From positions 1,238,850-1,302,849 of the forward strand of contig CAWEPI010000008.1 in NCBI GenBank assembly GCA_963810945.1: DNA of 64,000 bases. The letters run 5' to 3'. The notes under the pieces were generated by a model. That model had not been told where the DNA came from. It made no database searches and was given only the letters and a program-made list of their open reading frames with translations. The stretch is from an uncultured Actinomycetes bacterium (GTDB lineage Bacteria > Actinomycetota > UBA4738 > HRBIN12). The position numbers and the translations under genes were made by a program. Below are positions 21,613 to 32,421 of this stretch, piece by piece; the stretch's first letter is position 1; each line of letters opens with the position of its first letter.

Positions 21613-22821
21613 CTACAGCGGGAGGTCCACCACGAACCGCGATCCGTGCTCCGGGATGCTCTGGGCGCTGATGCCCCCGCCGAGCGCCTCCACGATGCGC
21701 TTCGCGAGCGCGAGCCCGAGGCCGGCGCCCGCGCCCGATCGGGCCGGGTCGGCGCGGAAGAACGGCTCGAAGACCCGCGCCAGATCCTCGGGTCCGATGC
21801 CCTCGCCATCGTCTTCCACCGCGACCACCAGCCGATCGACCGAGCGCTGGGCAGAGAGCCGCACGGTCCCGTCCTCGGGCGTGTGGCGCACGGCGTTGGC
21901 CAGCAGGTTCTGCAGGACCCGGACGAGACGCGGGGAGCACGGGGCGTCGCCGGCACCCCCGAGGTCCGTGAGGAGGAGGAGTCCCTTCGCCTGCGCGACC
22001 GGCTCTACTGTGGCGACCGCGCTCACGACGACCTCCGCCAGCTCTGCGCGACGGGTCTCCGTCTCGATCGCGCCCGCGTCCAGCTGCGCGAGCTCGAAGA
22101 GGTCGTCGACCATGGCGGTCAGCTGCGTCACGGAGCTTCGCATCTCCACCGCGTAGCGCTTCAGGCTCGGGGGGTCCGTCACGACGTCGTCGTCGATCGC
22201 CTCCACCATGGCCCGGAGACTGGCCAGCGGGGTGCGGAGGTCGTGCGAGACCGCCGTGATGAGGTCCCGCCGCATCGACTCCACCTGACGCTCCCGCGCG
22301 TTCGCCTCCTGCAGACGCAGGGCCATCTCATCGAGCGCGTGCGCGAGCGCGTCGAGCTCGGGGCCCGCGTCCATCGCCCCCGCGCGAGCGCTCAGGTCGC
22401 CTTCTCCCAACCGTTGCGCCGTCGATCCCACCCGTTCCAGGGCGGTCACGGACGACCGGGCCAACACGAGGGCGGCCGCCACGCCCGCCGCGACGCTGTA
22501 GAGGAGCAGCACGCCAAGCAGGACGGCATCGTGGTGGCTCACGAACATCCGCGCGGCCAGGACGGCGACGTTCGCGAGCGCCACGCCCGCCGCCACCAGG
22601 GGTAGCGCGACGAAGCGCTGACGGAACGACGCGTGCTGCAGCAGCGGCCGTGCCAACACGGCGGCCAGCACCGTCACCGACGTCGCCACAAACAGGGACA
22701 GGAGGAGGTCGGCGAGGCTGGGGGTGTCCATCCCCATCACCGCTCCGATGATCAACGTCCCCAGCGCTCCGGACGCCGCGACCGCCGTCACGAGCAGGAG
22801 CGTGCGCCAGCCGCCCCTCAT
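21613..22821 (-). CDS. sensor histidine kinase (HisKA/HATPase_c)
   Basis: Two TM helices, H-box AVSHDLRTPLASL, N/G boxes. Start overlaps the response-regulator stop (ATGA). Confidence 0.8.
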   Translation of the reverse strand: MRGGWRTLLLVTAVAASGALGTLIIGAVMGMDTPSLADLLLSLFVATSVTVLAAVLARPLLQHASFRQRFVALPLVAAGVALANVAVLAARMFVSHHDAVLLGVLLLYSVAAGVAAALVLARSSVTALERVGSTAQRLGEGDLSARAGAMDAGPELDALAHALDEMALRLQEANARERQVESMRRDLITAVSHDLRTPLASLRAMVEAIDDDVVTDPPSLKRYAVEMRSSVTQLTAMVDDLFELAQLDAGAIETETRRAELAEVVVSAVATVEPVAQAKGLLLLTDLGGAGDAPCSPRLVRVLQNLLANAVRHTPEDGTVRLSAQRSVDRLVVAVEDDGEGIGPEDLARVFEPFFRADPARSGAGAGLGLALAKRIVEALGGGISAQSIPEHGSRFVVDLPL

Positions 22822-23495
22822 GGCTCGAACCGGTAGCCGATGCCCCACACCGTCACCAGGTGCACGGGGCTCGCCGGGTCCGCCTCGATCTTCTCTCGCA
22901 GTCGACGGACGTGCACCGTGACGGTCGCGCTGTCGCCGTCCCACGCGAAGTCCCACACGTCCTCCAGCAGCTGCGTGCGGCTGAACGTCACGCCCGGGTG
23001 CGATGCCAGGAAGTGCAGGAGGTCGAACTCCTTGCGTGTGAGGCGCACGGGCGTGTTGCAGACCCGGAGCTCGCGGCGATCCACGTCGAGTTCGAGATCA
23101 CCGTACACGAGGGGCCCGCTGCTCGCAGGGCCGGTCTCGATCCGCCGCAGGACCGCGCGGACGCGCGAGATCACCTCGCGGGGCGAGAACGGCTTGGTCA
23201 CGTAGTCGTCGGCGCCCATGTCCAGCCCGACGATCCGATCCGTCTCCTCGCCACGGGCGGTGAGCATGATCACGGGCACGGGCCCGGTCTCCCGCATCTG
23301 CTGGAACACCTCGAACCCGTTCAGCTTGGGGAGCATGAGGTCCAGGAGGACGAGATCGGGGGTCGCCTCCCCGAAGCGCAGCAGCGCCTCCAGGCCGTCC
23401 TCGGCGGTCGTCACGGAGAACCCATCATTCTCGAGGTAGCGCGCCAGCACCTCTCGCACCATCGGCTCGTCGTCCACCACCAACACGCGGGTCAT
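22818..23495 (-). CDS. OmpR-family response regulator
   Basis: Receiver domain (RVLVVDDEP...DLVLLDLMLP) and a winged-helix C-terminus (VWGIGYRFEP). Confidence 0.85.
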   Translation of the reverse strand: MTRVLVVDDEPMVREVLARYLENDGFSVTTAEDGLEALLRFGEATPDLVLLDLMLPKLNGFEVFQQMRETGPVPVIMLTARGEETDRIVGLDMGADDYVTKPFSPREVISRVRAVLRRIETGPASSGPLVYGDLELDVDRRELRVCNTPVRLTRKEFDLLHFLASHPGVTFSRTQLLEDVWDFAWDGDSATVTVHVRRLREKIEADPASPVHLVTVWGIGYRFEP

Positions 23496-23636
23496 GCGCC
23501 AATCATGGACCCGCGATGTTGCGAAGTCCTTACCGGCATCCACGCGCGCGTCGCGGGCCCCGGGCATGAGAGCGACCCGCGGGGATCCCGCGGGTCGCTC
23601 GTGATCGTCGATCCGACGGTCAGGCGCCGCCGTGCG

Positions 23637-23993
23637 TCACATCACGTCCACGATCGTGGACCGGTCTGCCGCGCACGTCGCGTGCATCCCCTTGTGCTTG
23701 GGTGCCACCGCGTAGTAGCGGCCGTGCGCGTGCATGACCTCGATCCTCCAGGTGCCGTTGGCCTTCGCCATGGTCTTGCCCTGGAGCGAGTCGGTGCCCG
23801 GCTTCTGCTTGTAGATCTTCACCACGCGCCCCGCCCTGCATTCGGCGTTCGTCGACTTCACCGAGCCGTGGAAGAACTCGGTCGAGGCGTTGTACTTCGC
23901 CGTGAGCGTGGTGGGAACGGCCGCGAACGCGGCGGTGGAGCCCGCGAGGGCCATGAGCGCTCCCAGCGCCAACACGAGAACGGTTCTGCGCAT
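23637..23993 (-). CDS. small secreted protein
   Basis: gggagga SD. Signal peptide MRRTVLVLALGALMALAGSTAAFAA. Confidence 0.45.
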   Translation of the reverse strand: MRRTVLVLALGALMALAGSTAAFAAVPTTLTAKYNASTEFFHGSVKSTNAECRAGRVVKIYKQKPGTDSLQGKTMAKANGTWRIEVMHAHGRYYAVAPKHKGMHATCAADRSTIVDVM

Positions 23994-24177
23994 GCTGCTG
24001 TCCTCCCTTTCGTCGACGGTTCGGACGGGGAGCACGGTAGACAGCCGCTGCTTACGAGATCCTTTCCCGGGACTTGCGAGCGCCGAAACTCTCGCGGCGC
24101 GGCGGCAGCAACAACCGTTCGGGCCGCGTTAGGCGCTGTTTCGCGGGTCGTAAGGAAGGCTCGCTATCGTTGCGTCC

Positions 24178-25791
24178 ATGCCGTCCGCGACCGAGGCCGC
24201 CGCACCGCCCGTCCCCGCCGCCGAACCCTCGCCGCCCGCCCGCCGACGCCTGGTGGGCGCCCTCCTGGGGGTGCTCTCCGGCGCCGTGGCGTTGGGGGTC
24301 GCCCAGCTCATGGCCGGGCTCATCGGTGGGGAGGCCTCGCCGATCGTGGCCGTCGGCGGCTCGTTCATCGACGCGACGCCCGAATGGCTCAAGAGCTTCG
24401 CGATCCGCACGTTCGGATCCAGCGACAAAGCCGCCCTGCTCACCGGGATCGGGGTGTTCCTGTTCATCGGCGCGGTGCTCCTCGGGGTCGCCTCCGTTCG
24501 GCGGTTCTGGGTCGGCATCGTGGGACTCGTCGCGTTCGGTGCGATCGGGGTCGCTGCGGCCGTGACGCGCCCGGCGAACGGGCCCGTCGACGCCGTGCCT
24601 TCCATCGTCGGAGCAGCCGCCGGCGTGGGCGCCTACCTAGCGCTGAGGCTCGCGGCGGGGCTCCCCCTGCCTAGGCGCGTGACCGATGGAGCCGTACGTG
24701 ATCCGGACGCGCAGGCCCCGCCCACGTTCGATCGGCGTCGATTCGTGTGGAGCGGGATCGTCGCGGGCGGGGTGGCCCTGAGCGCCGGCGCGGCCGGCAG
24801 GTGGCTGATCCGTCGGGCGGATGCGAGCGCCTCGCGCGAGGCCGTCGGGGTGCCGACCGACGTCGACCCCGCGGCCCAGATCCCAGCGGGCGCCCAACTC
24901 GACGTCCCCGGCATCAGTCCCTTCGTCACCCCGAACGATCGCTTCTATCGGGTGGACACCGCGCTGTTCGTGCCCGCCGTGTCCGCCGATGACTGGACGC
25001 TCACCGTGCACGGCATGGTGGATCGCGTGCTCACCCTGACCTACGATCAGCTCGTCGCCCGCCCGCTGATCGAGCGCGACATCACGCTCACCTGCGTATC
25101 CAACGAGGTGGGCGGCCGGTACCTGGGCAACGCGCGTTGGATCGGCGCGCCGTTGAAGGACCTGCTGGAGGAGGCTGGCGTGCAGACGGGGGCGACGCAA
25201 CTCGTCTCCACGTCCACGGACGGCTTCACCGCCGGGACGCCCGTCGCCGTTGCCATGGATGGCCGCGACGCGATGCTCGCCGTTTCCATGAACGGCGAGC
25301 CGCTCCCCATCGAACACGGGTTCCCGGTGCGGATGATCGTGCCGGGGCTCTACGGCTTCGTCTCGGCCACCAAGTGGCTCGCCGACATCGAGCTCACGAC
25401 GTTCGAGGCCTTCGACCCGTACTGGGTCAAGCGCGGGTGGGCGAAGCAGGCGCCGATCAAGACCGAGTCGCGGATCGACACACCCCGGGCGAAGGCCATC
25501 GTCTCCGCGGGCGAGGTGGCCGTCGCCGGCGTCGCGTGGGCCCAGCATCGGGGGATCGAGCGGGTGGAGGTGCAGATCGACGGCGGCCCGTGGTTGCCCG
25601 CCGAGCTCGGTGCGGAGGCGACGGTCGACACGTGGCGGCAGTGGGTATACCGCTGGAACGCCACCTCCGGCCCGCACACCCTCGCGGTGCGCGCCACCGA
25701 CGGCACGGGGACGGTCCAGACCCAGGCCATGGCCGCCCCCTTCCCCAGCGGCGCGACGGGAGACCACACCATCAGCGTGACCGTCACCTGA
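24178..25791 (+). CDS. membrane-anchored molybdopterin-dependent oxidoreductase (sulfite-oxidase family)
   Basis: taaggaagg SD. N-terminal TM helices. Moco-binding core (TLTCVSNEVGG...RWIGAPLKDLL, GFPVRMIVPGLYGFVSATKW). Confidence 0.8.
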   Translation: MPSATEAAAPPVPAAEPSPPARRRLVGALLGVLSGAVALGVAQLMAGLIGGEASPIVAVGGSFIDATPEWLKSFAIRTFGSSDKAALLTGIGVFLFIGAVLLGVASVRRFWVGIVGLVAFGAIGVAAAVTRPANGPVDAVPSIVGAAAGVGAYLALRLAAGLPLPRRVTDGAVRDPDAQAPPTFDRRRFVWSGIVAGGVALSAGAAGRWLIRRADASASREAVGVPTDVDPAAQIPAGAQLDVPGISPFVTPNDRFYRVDTALFVPAVSADDWTLTVHGMVDRVLTLTYDQLVARPLIERDITLTCVSNEVGGRYLGNARWIGAPLKDLLEEAGVQTGATQLVSTSTDGFTAGTPVAVAMDGRDAMLAVSMNGEPLPIEHGFPVRMIVPGLYGFVSATKWLADIELTTFEAFDPYWVKRGWAKQAPIKTESRIDTPRAKAIVSAGEVAVAGVAWAQHRGIERVEVQIDGGPWLPAELGAEATVDTWRQWVYRWNATSGPHTLAVRATDGTGTVQTQAMAAPFPSGATGDHTISVTVT

Positions 25792-25804
25792 GCCTCTCGT
25801 GGTT

Positions 25805-25828
25805 CCCGTCACGCCACGTCGCGACGGG
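25805..25828. terminator. hairpin cccgtc-N12-gacggg between convergent genes
   Basis: Inverted repeat in the 17-nt gap between the Mo-oxidoreductase stop and the ABC-2 permease stop. Confidence 0.3.
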
Positions 25829-26549
25829 TGATGACGGTCGCGGCGAGACCGACCGCGCCCGCTGCCCATCCGGCCAGCACGAGCATCCCGACCAACGGCG
25901 TCATCAGCGGGTCCGGGCTCGAGATGCCCGCGGCGGTCCCGGCGGCCGAGGCCGGCAGCCAATGCCCGATGCTGGGCGCGAGCGACCCGACGATGTTCTC
26001 CGCCACGAAGAGCCACGCCAGGGTCCCGACGATCGCCGCGACCTGGTGGCGGACCACGACCCCGATCGAGAGGCCGATCGCCGACCACAGCACGGCGATC
26101 AGGATCCCCCTGCCGAACAGCCCGGCCAGCGTCCCGATCGCGACGGACACGCCGAACCCGTGAGCCGCGAGGTACCAGGCGATCACGCCGGTCCCCGCGG
26201 CGAGCGCCGCGACCGCGAACACCCCGGCCCCGGCGGCGACCACCACGCCCTTCGCCGCGAGCACGCGCAGCCTGTTCGGCGTCGCCAGGAACGTCGGCAC
26301 GATCGACCCGTGCCGGACCTCGTCGGTGTAGGAGCGGATCGCGAACACCAGGACGAACAGCGCCACGATGATCAACACGCCCGCGTAGCCGTACGGCGAC
26401 GAGAGCCCGGCCGCGAGCTCGGCATGGGTCGCGCTCCCGAGCGAGCCCCAGAGCGCCAGTCCCGTCAGCGCGACGACACCAGCCAACAGCCCGAACGCCG
26501 TTCGGGTGGTGCGCAGTTTCCGGAACTCGGAACGGATCACGTCGTTCAT
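25809..26549 (-). CDS. ABC-2 family transporter permease
   Basis: [20 protein letters not shown]... six TM helices. Start overlaps the ATPase stop (ATGA). Confidence 0.7.
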   Translation of the reverse strand: MNDVIRSEFRKLRTTRTAFGLLAGVVALTGLALWGSLGSATHAELAAGLSSPYGYAGVLIIVALFVLVFAIRSYTDEVRHGSIVPTFLATPNRLRVLAAKGVVVAAGAGVFAVAALAAGTGVIAWYLAAHGFGVSVAIGTLAGLFGRGILIAVLWSAIGLSIGVVVRHQVAAIVGTLAWLFVAENIVGSLAPSIGHWLPASAAGTAAGISSPDPLMTPLVGMLVLAGWAAGAVGLAATVITRRDVA

Positions 26550-27308
26550 CGGATGCTCCCTCCATCGGTCAGCTCGAGGAACACGTCCTCGAGGCTCTGT
26601 GTCCCACCGTCCGTCAGCTCGTCGATGTCTCCCTGACGGAGCAGTCGACCGCGGTCGATCACGATCACGTCGTCCGCCACCCGCGCCATCTCCGCCAGGA
26701 GATGGCTCGACACCAGGACGGCCTTGCCCTCGTCGGCGACCCTCCGGAGCGTCGTGCGCAGCCACCGGATCCCGTGCGGGTCCAACCCGTTCGCCGGCTC
26801 GTCGAGGATCAGCACCGACGGATCGCCCAGCAGGGCGCCGGCGAGTCCGAGCCGCTGCCGCATCCCGAGCGAATAGCGCGCCGGCTTTGCGCCGGGCCGC
26901 ATCCCTCAGGTCGACGAGGTCGAGCACCGCATCCACGCGCGCGTCGTCGATCCCCGACGCGGCCGCGAGCACGCGGAGGTGGTTCCGTCCGGTCCGCAGC
27001 GGGTGGAAGCTCTGGACCTCGAGCACCGCGCCCACGGCGGTCATCGGCCGTTCGAGGCTCGCGTACGGCAACCCCAGCACCGTCGCCGAGCCGTCGTCCG
27101 GCTCCACCAGTCCCAACAGCATCCGCAGCGTCGTGCTCTTGCCCGCACCGTTCGGGCCGACGAACCCCGTCACCCGCCCCGGCACGACCTCGAAGCTCAG
27201 GGCGTCGACCGCCGTCACCGAGCCGAACCGCTTCGTCAGGCCCCGAGCGACGATCGCCGGTGAGCCGACCGTGGCGGCGCCACCCGAACCCTTCATCGTC
27301 GTGTCCAC
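26546..27308 (-). CDS. ABC transporter ATP-binding protein; one frameshift
   Basis: Walker [10 protein letters not shown] is in one frame. Signature YSLGMRQRL...[12 protein letters not shown] is in another. A 1-nt insertion lies near 26885. GTG start 8 nt after a ggaaggga SD. Confidence 0.75.
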
Positions 27309-27428
27309 TCTCGGTCTCCCTTCCGTCGGGTATCCCGATGCACCTCCGACGCTAGGGACAGGGACGGCCGGGCGCCGTCCACCTGCGGAACGGTTCCGCG
27401 TGTCCTCCTGGAGGAGGAGAGGTCGTCC

Positions 27429-28089
27429 TCAGGCGGAGCCGGGGCGGACGAGACCCGACTCGTAGGCGAACACCACGGCCTGGGCGCGATCGCGCAGGTC
27501 GAGCTTGCGCAGCACGTGCCCGACGTGGGTCTTCACGGTCGTCTCGGCCACGAAGAGCCGGCCCGCGATCTCGGCGTTCGACGCACCCTGGGCCATGAGG
27601 ACGAGGACCTCGCGCTCGCGCTCCGTCAACTCGTCGAGACCTGCGGGTGCGATCACCGGTTCCGGCCGGCTGGCGAACTCCGCGATCAGCCGTCTCGTGA
27701 CCGACGGTGCGAGGAGCGCCTCGCCCGACGCGACGATCCGCACGGCGGCCACGAGCTCCTCGGGCGGCCGGTCCTTGAGCAGGAAGCCGCTCGCGCCGGC
27801 GCGCAGCGCGTCGTACACGTACTCGTCCAGGTCGAACGTGGTGAGGATCAACACCTTCGGCGGCGCGCTCGGAGGCGGTGACGCGGCGCGTCGCTTCGAT
27901 CCCGTCCATCGTGGGCATCCGCACGTCCATCACGACGACGTCGGGACGCAGCCGCTCGACCGCCCGGACGGCGTCGGTCCCGTCGATCGCCTCCCCGACG
28001 ACCTCCAGGTCGTCCTCGGCGTCGAGGATCATCCGGAACCCGCCCCGCATCAGGGCCTGGTCGTCCGCCACCACGACCCGGATCGTCAT
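27429..28089 (-). CDS. NarL/LuxR-family response regulator; one frameshift
   Basis: Receiver MTIRVVVADDQALMRGG...VVMDVRMPTMDGIEATRRV is in frame A. PPKVLILTTFDLDEY...LuxR HTH is in frame +1. Indel near 27885. Start overlaps the HK stop (ATGA). Confidence 0.75.
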
Positions 28090-29213
28090 GGCTCATCCTC
28101 GGTCGGGATCTCGGCGCGCACCGTGAACCCGCCGCCGGGCCGCGCCGACGTCGCCACGCTGCCACCGAACAGGCCGACCCGTTCGCGCATGCCCACCAAC
28201 CCGTGGCCGACCCCCGGCTCGACCCCGATCCCGCGGCCGTCGTCGGCCACCTCGATCACCAGTCGATCCGGCGCGTAGTCGAGCGCGACGCGAGCGTTCG
28301 CCGAGCCCGCATGCCGCAGCGTGTTCGTGAGCGACTCCTGGATCACGCGGTACGCCGCGAGGTCGGCGCCGGCAGGGAGCGCCCGAGGGTGCCCGGTGCG
28401 GACCACCTCGACCGGCAATCCGGCGGCGCGCACCGTCTCGAGCAGCGGGTCGAGTTCGGCGAGTCCCGGTTGCGGCGACGTCGACGGCGCCGCGTCGTCG
28501 TCGGTCAGCACCCTGATGAGCCGTCGCATCTCCGCGAGCCCGGCACGGCCGGACTCCTCCACGCGGCCGATCGCCTCCTTCGCCGCGCGCGGATCGCGGT
28601 CGACCACGGTCCGCGCGGCGCCGGCCTGCACGACCATGACGCTGATCGCGTGCGCGACGACGTCGTGCAGCTCCCGCGCGATGCGCGTGCGCTCCCGGGC
28701 GACCGCCTCGCGGGCGGCCAGTTCCCGGTCCTCGGCCAGCCGCCTCCGCCGGTTGTACGCGATCCGACCGATCAGGACCGGGAGGCCCACCGCGAACGTG
28801 AGGCCGGTCAGCACCTCGATCCAGTTGCGGTGCGTCTGCGTCGCGATCTGTGAGGCCAGCCCGGCTGCGCATGCGAGCGGGAGGCCGACCGTGGCCACCT
28901 GGCGCCAGGGCCGGTGCGCGGCGACGGTGTAGATCGCGAGGGCCAGCGCCGGCACCGGCGAGGCGCCGTCACCGGCGACCGCGAACGCCACGGTCGCGCC
29001 GCTCACGATCGCCAGGACGATCAGCGGGGCCCGGCGGCGGAACGCGAGCGGGACGCACGACACCGTGATCAGCGTCCACGCGGTGAGGCCGTGGACGCCG
29101 TCCTCGCCGGCGACGGACGCGGCGGTGATCGCCAGGAGGAAGGCCGCGAGCAACGCGTCCCACACGAGCGGGTTCACCCGCCGCACGCGTTCCCACCAGG
29201 TCGGTCGGTTCAC
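28086..29213 (-). CDS. sensor histidine kinase (HisKA_3 type)
   Basis: TM helices, ARELHDVVAHAISVMVVQAG H-box, HATPase_c. The 5' start is uncertain. Confidence 0.7.
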   Translation of the reverse strand: MNRPTWWERVRRVNPLVWDALLAAFLLAITAASVAGEDGVHGLTAWTLITVSCVPLAFRRRAPLIVLAIVSGATVAFAVAGDGASPVPALALAIYTVAAHRPWRQVATVGLPLACAAGLASQIATQTHRNWIEVLTGLTFAVGLPVLIGRIAYNRRRRLAEDRELAAREAVARERTRIARELHDVVAHAISVMVVQAGAARTVVDRDPRAAKEAIGRVEESGRAGLAEMRRLIRVLTDDDAAPSTSPQPGLAELDPLLETVRAAGLPVEVVRTGHPRALPAGADLAAYRVIQESLTNTLRHAGSANARVALDYAPDRLVIEVADDGRGIGVEPGVGHGLVGMRERVGLFGGSVATSARPGGGFTVRAEIPTEDEP

Positions 29214-29294
29214 GCGATGGACGCTAACCAACTCCGGCGGACCGTGCCCTCCTCCCGCGGGATGAGATGTCGCGGGCGTCGCCAGGACCCTGCC

Positions 29295-30078
29295 ATGCTC
29301 CCTCGCGTGCTGGACGTCGGGGAGCGGATCGCGCTGGGGTTCGTGGAGGCCGAGCGTCAGCGGCGCGCCAACGTCCCTGGCGCCGAGGTCCTGGAGGTGG
29401 ACGGCCTCCTGCTCGCGTTCGCGAACGTCCCCGATCCGCCCGTCAACTCGGTCCTCGTGATCTCGGAGCCGCACGATCCGGCGGCGGCCCTCGCCAGAGC
29501 CGAGGCCGTGTTCCGAGACCGCGACCGCCCGTTCGGGATGGACGTCGCCGTGGGACGTCACCCGCGCGTGGACGAGGCGATCCGATCGGCAGGCTCTCGT
29601 TGCTCTTCGCTTGGCCGGCGATGGCCGCCCGCGTCGAGGACCTCCCCGAGCGACCGCTACCCGAGGGTGTTCGGGTGGAGCCGGTGAGCGACGCGCGAGG
29701 AGCGTCTGCCGTCGCGCGTGTCGAGCGCTCCCTCCTGGGCCCCTCGGAGCTGGAGGCCGGCTCCCGCATCGCGGACGACTTCTACGGCCCTGCCTCCCCG
29801 GCATGGAGGGGGCGCGGACGTTCGTCGCCTGGGAGGGCGAGGAGCCCGTCGGCATCGCGTCCGCGCACCTGCGAGAGGGCGCCATCGGGATCTTGGGCGT
29901 CGGGGTGGTCCCCCGCGCACGTCGGCGTGGGATCGCGTCGGCGCTTTCGGTGATCGCCGCACGGGCGTTCCCCGCCGATCTCGCATGGCTGCACGCCGCG
30001 GAAGGGGTCCGAACCGTTTACGCGCAGCTCGGGTTCCGTGAGGTCGCCGAGTGGGAGGTCTGGGTGCGGTCCGACTGA
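29295..30078 (+). pseudogene. GNAT-family N-acetyltransferase; two frameshifts
   Basis: N-terminal MLPRVLDVGERIALGF..., middle LSLLFAWPAMAARVEDL..., C-terminal GMEGARTFVAWEGEEPVGIASAH...RRRGIASAL (acetyl-CoA motif) lie in three different frames. Shifts near 29595 and 29795. Confidence 0.5.
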
Positions 30079-30166
30079 CCCGGGCGCGACGCCGTCCACC
30101 TCTCGACTTGACCGATGAGGACAACCGGCGTATCCCAGAGGTTCGTCAAGGGAAGGGGAGGAAGCG

Positions 30167-30553
30167 ATGGCGACCGATCTGACGATCTCCGTCGAGGACC
30201 GGCCGGGTGGGCTCGCGGCTGTCGGTCAGGCGCTCGGCAACGCGGGGATCAACGTCGAGGGCCTCTGCGGCCATGGGTTCGAAGGGCGCGGCCTGATCCA
30301 CGTCTGCGTGCAGGACGGCGCGGCGGCGAAGAGCGCGCTCGAGGGCGCCGGCATCAAGGTGGAGGGTGAAGCCGACGCGATCCTCGGGGAGCCCGTGGCC
30401 GGCGTGGACACGCCCGGGACGATGGGGGCGATGGCGCAACAGATCGCCGACGCGGGGATCAACATCCGCTCCGTCTACGTGGCCACGAACTCGCGCGTCG
30501 TGATGGTGACCGACGACAACGCGAGATTGATGGAGCTCATCGCCCAGATGTAG
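30167..30553 (+). CDS. ACT-domain protein (tandem ACT)
   Basis: Strong SD gggaagggaggaagcg. Two ACT-like beta-alpha-beta-beta-alpha-beta units. Confidence 0.65.
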   Translation: MATDLTISVEDRPGGLAAVGQALGNAGINVEGLCGHGFEGRGLIHVCVQDGAAAKSALEGAGIKVEGEADAILGEPVAGVDTPGTMGAMAQQIADAGINIRSVYVATNSRVVMVTDDNARLMELIAQM

Positions 30554-30595
30554 GTCCTGAGCAGCCCGGTTCGCGAGTCGGAGCGGCGAGTTCCG

Positions 30596-31582
30596 CTAGG
30601 CGTGGGACGTGATCACGCCGTTCTCGAACCTGCCCGAGGAGCCCGGTGCCGTCCAGCTGGCAGCGACGTAACGTGCGCTGCCGTCGGGCATCGCACACGT
30701 GGCGTCGAAGCTCGCGGCATGCACTTTGGTCACCGTGCCGACGCACAGGCTCCCGCTCGGCAGGTACTCCATCTGGAACGCGGTCGATGCGAGGTTGGTC
30801 GTGGTGACCAGCAGGTCGGCACGCACGAGCACCCGTTGCGACCCGGTGCCGTTACCTGACATCGATACGATCCCACGTGTCACGCCGGAGTCGGTGAGGA
30901 TCTGCCCGCTCAACGAATCGCTGAAGCTGGCCGCGTTCCACTCCTTCGGCTGGAAGCGAAGCGGCCCTCGCCCGAGGGTGGCGATCACCGCGACCCCCAG
31001 CACCGAGGCGATCACCGGAGCCGGGCGCAGGGTCCATCGAGCCGGCGAGGTCCGTCGGAGCACGCGCCAGGTCGTCAGTCCGCAGACCGTGCCGACGGCG
31101 ACCGCGTAGATCGCGAGCATCCACGGCGTGCTGCGATCCGTCCCCGTGCCGATGCCATGCAGGGACGCCGCCGCCCACACCACGAAGTTCACGTAGTGCG
31201 CCCGTCGCCAGAACCGGTATGACAGCTTCGCGTTGCGGTAGTGGTTCGTGAACGCCAGGGCCAACAGGAGCTCGGCGGCGACGATCCCGAGACCGGTCCA
31301 GATCGGGCGGTACGAAGCCAGGAGCGGAACGGCGAGCGACACGAGCGAGAACGGTAGGTAGGCGTCGATGGCCACGGCCACGATGTGCACGACCACGAAC
31401 GTGCCCGTCAGCAGCCCCGTGAATCGATGCACATCCTCCAGCGCGAACCTGGGCCAGTGCTTCATCGACTTCTTGCCGGTCATCGCCAGCCCGAGCGCCA
31501 CGTTCACCGACAGGAGGACGTAGGCCACGATGCCGCCCGCGCGGGCCGCGTACCAGTCGACCGGGCTCGACGTCAGATGCAC
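30596..31582 (-). CDS. ferric-reductase-like transmembrane protein with C-terminal extracytoplasmic domain
   Basis: GTG start 7 nt after gggagg, overlapping the ApbE stop. Six TM helices with conserved His (HRFTG, HIVAVAID, HYVNFVVW). About 170-aa soluble tail containing TDSGVTRG. Confidence 0.6.
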   Translation of the reverse strand: MHLTSSPVDWYAARAGGIVAYVLLSVNVALGLAMTGKKSMKHWPRFALEDVHRFTGLLTGTFVVVHIVAVAIDAYLPFSLVSLAVPLLASYRPIWTGLGIVAAELLLALAFTNHYRNAKLSYRFWRRAHYVNFVVWAAASLHGIGTGTDRSTPWMLAIYAVAVGTVCGLTTWRVLRRTSPARWTLRPAPVIASVLGVAVIATLGRGPLRFQPKEWNAASFSDSLSGQILTDSGVTRGIVSMSGNGTGSQRVLVRADLLVTTTNLASTAFQMEYLPSGSLCVGTVTKVHAASFDATCAMPDGSARYVAASWTAPGSSGRFENGVITSHA

Positions 31583-32421
31583 CCGACGGCCTCCCGCATG
31601 CTTCGCTCCCACGGGTCGTTCGTGTGGATCCCACCGTCGACCCCGACGAAACGCGCCGGGATCCCTCGCGCGTCGAGCCAGTTCGGACCGAGGTCCCCCG
31701 CCAGGAACCCGGCTTTCGCCGCGACGTCGGCGGCCAGGCACGTCGCACCGCACGCGGTCACCGATGCCCAGGGCGAAGATGCGGGGCGGCCGGTCCGGGC
31801 ATCCAACAGGTGATGCTGGAGCTCTCCGCCCCGCATCCACCTCCGTTTCGTCGTGCCGCTCGTGGCGAGCGCGCCCCGATGCAACGTGACGGCCCCTCCT
31901 CCCGGTAGGGCGACCGTGAGCGGTCCGCGGGTCGCCACGTCGCCGCCCGCGGACACGAACCCGGCTCCTTCGAGCAACGCCAGCGCGTCGTCGACGGCCA
32001 ACGCCTTGACGACCCCGTTCAGGTCGAGCTGCACGCCCGGTGGCACGCCCACGACGCGTCCGAGCGCGAAGACGGGTCGCGCGCCCTCCACGGGTCCCAC
32101 CGGACGCGGGTCTGGGAGGAGCGTCGCGGGATCGCGGGTGTAGCCGGCAGCGACCAACGCCGCGCCGAGGGTCGGTTCAACGAGCCCGTGGGTCTCCTCC
32201 GCGGCGCGCAACGCGATCCGGAGCGTCTCGGCGAACAGGGGCGAGACCAGCACGAATCGTCCTGCCCCAGCGTTGACCCGGTTCAGCTCGCTGTCGGCGA
32301 TGAACCTGCTGAAGATGAGCTCGCGCTCGTGGAACAGCGCCTCGATCGCGCGACGCGCACGCGGGGAGGCGCCGCCCACGGCGATCTCGCATCCCATCGC
32401 GTCGAACCCATGCGCGTTCAC
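31573..32421 (-). CDS. apbE: FAD:protein FMN transferase (ApbE family)
   Basis: ApbE motifs (FDAMGCEI, ATSGTTKRRW, HHLLDARTGRPA). GTG start overlaps the stop of the upstream small ORF (GTGA). Confidence 0.75.
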   Translation of the reverse strand: MNAHGFDAMGCEIAVGGASPRARRAIEALFHERELIFSRFIADSELNRVNAGAGRFVLVSPLFAETLRIALRAAEETHGLVEPTLGAALVAAGYTRDPATLLPDPRPVGPVEGARPVFALGRVVGVPPGVQLDLNGVVKALAVDDALALLEGAGFVSAGGDVATRGPLTVALPGGGAVTLHRGALATSGTTKRRWMRGGELQHHLLDARTGRPASSPWASVTACGATCLAADVAAKAGFLAGDLGPNWLDARGIPARFVGVDGGIHTNDPWERSMREAVGCI

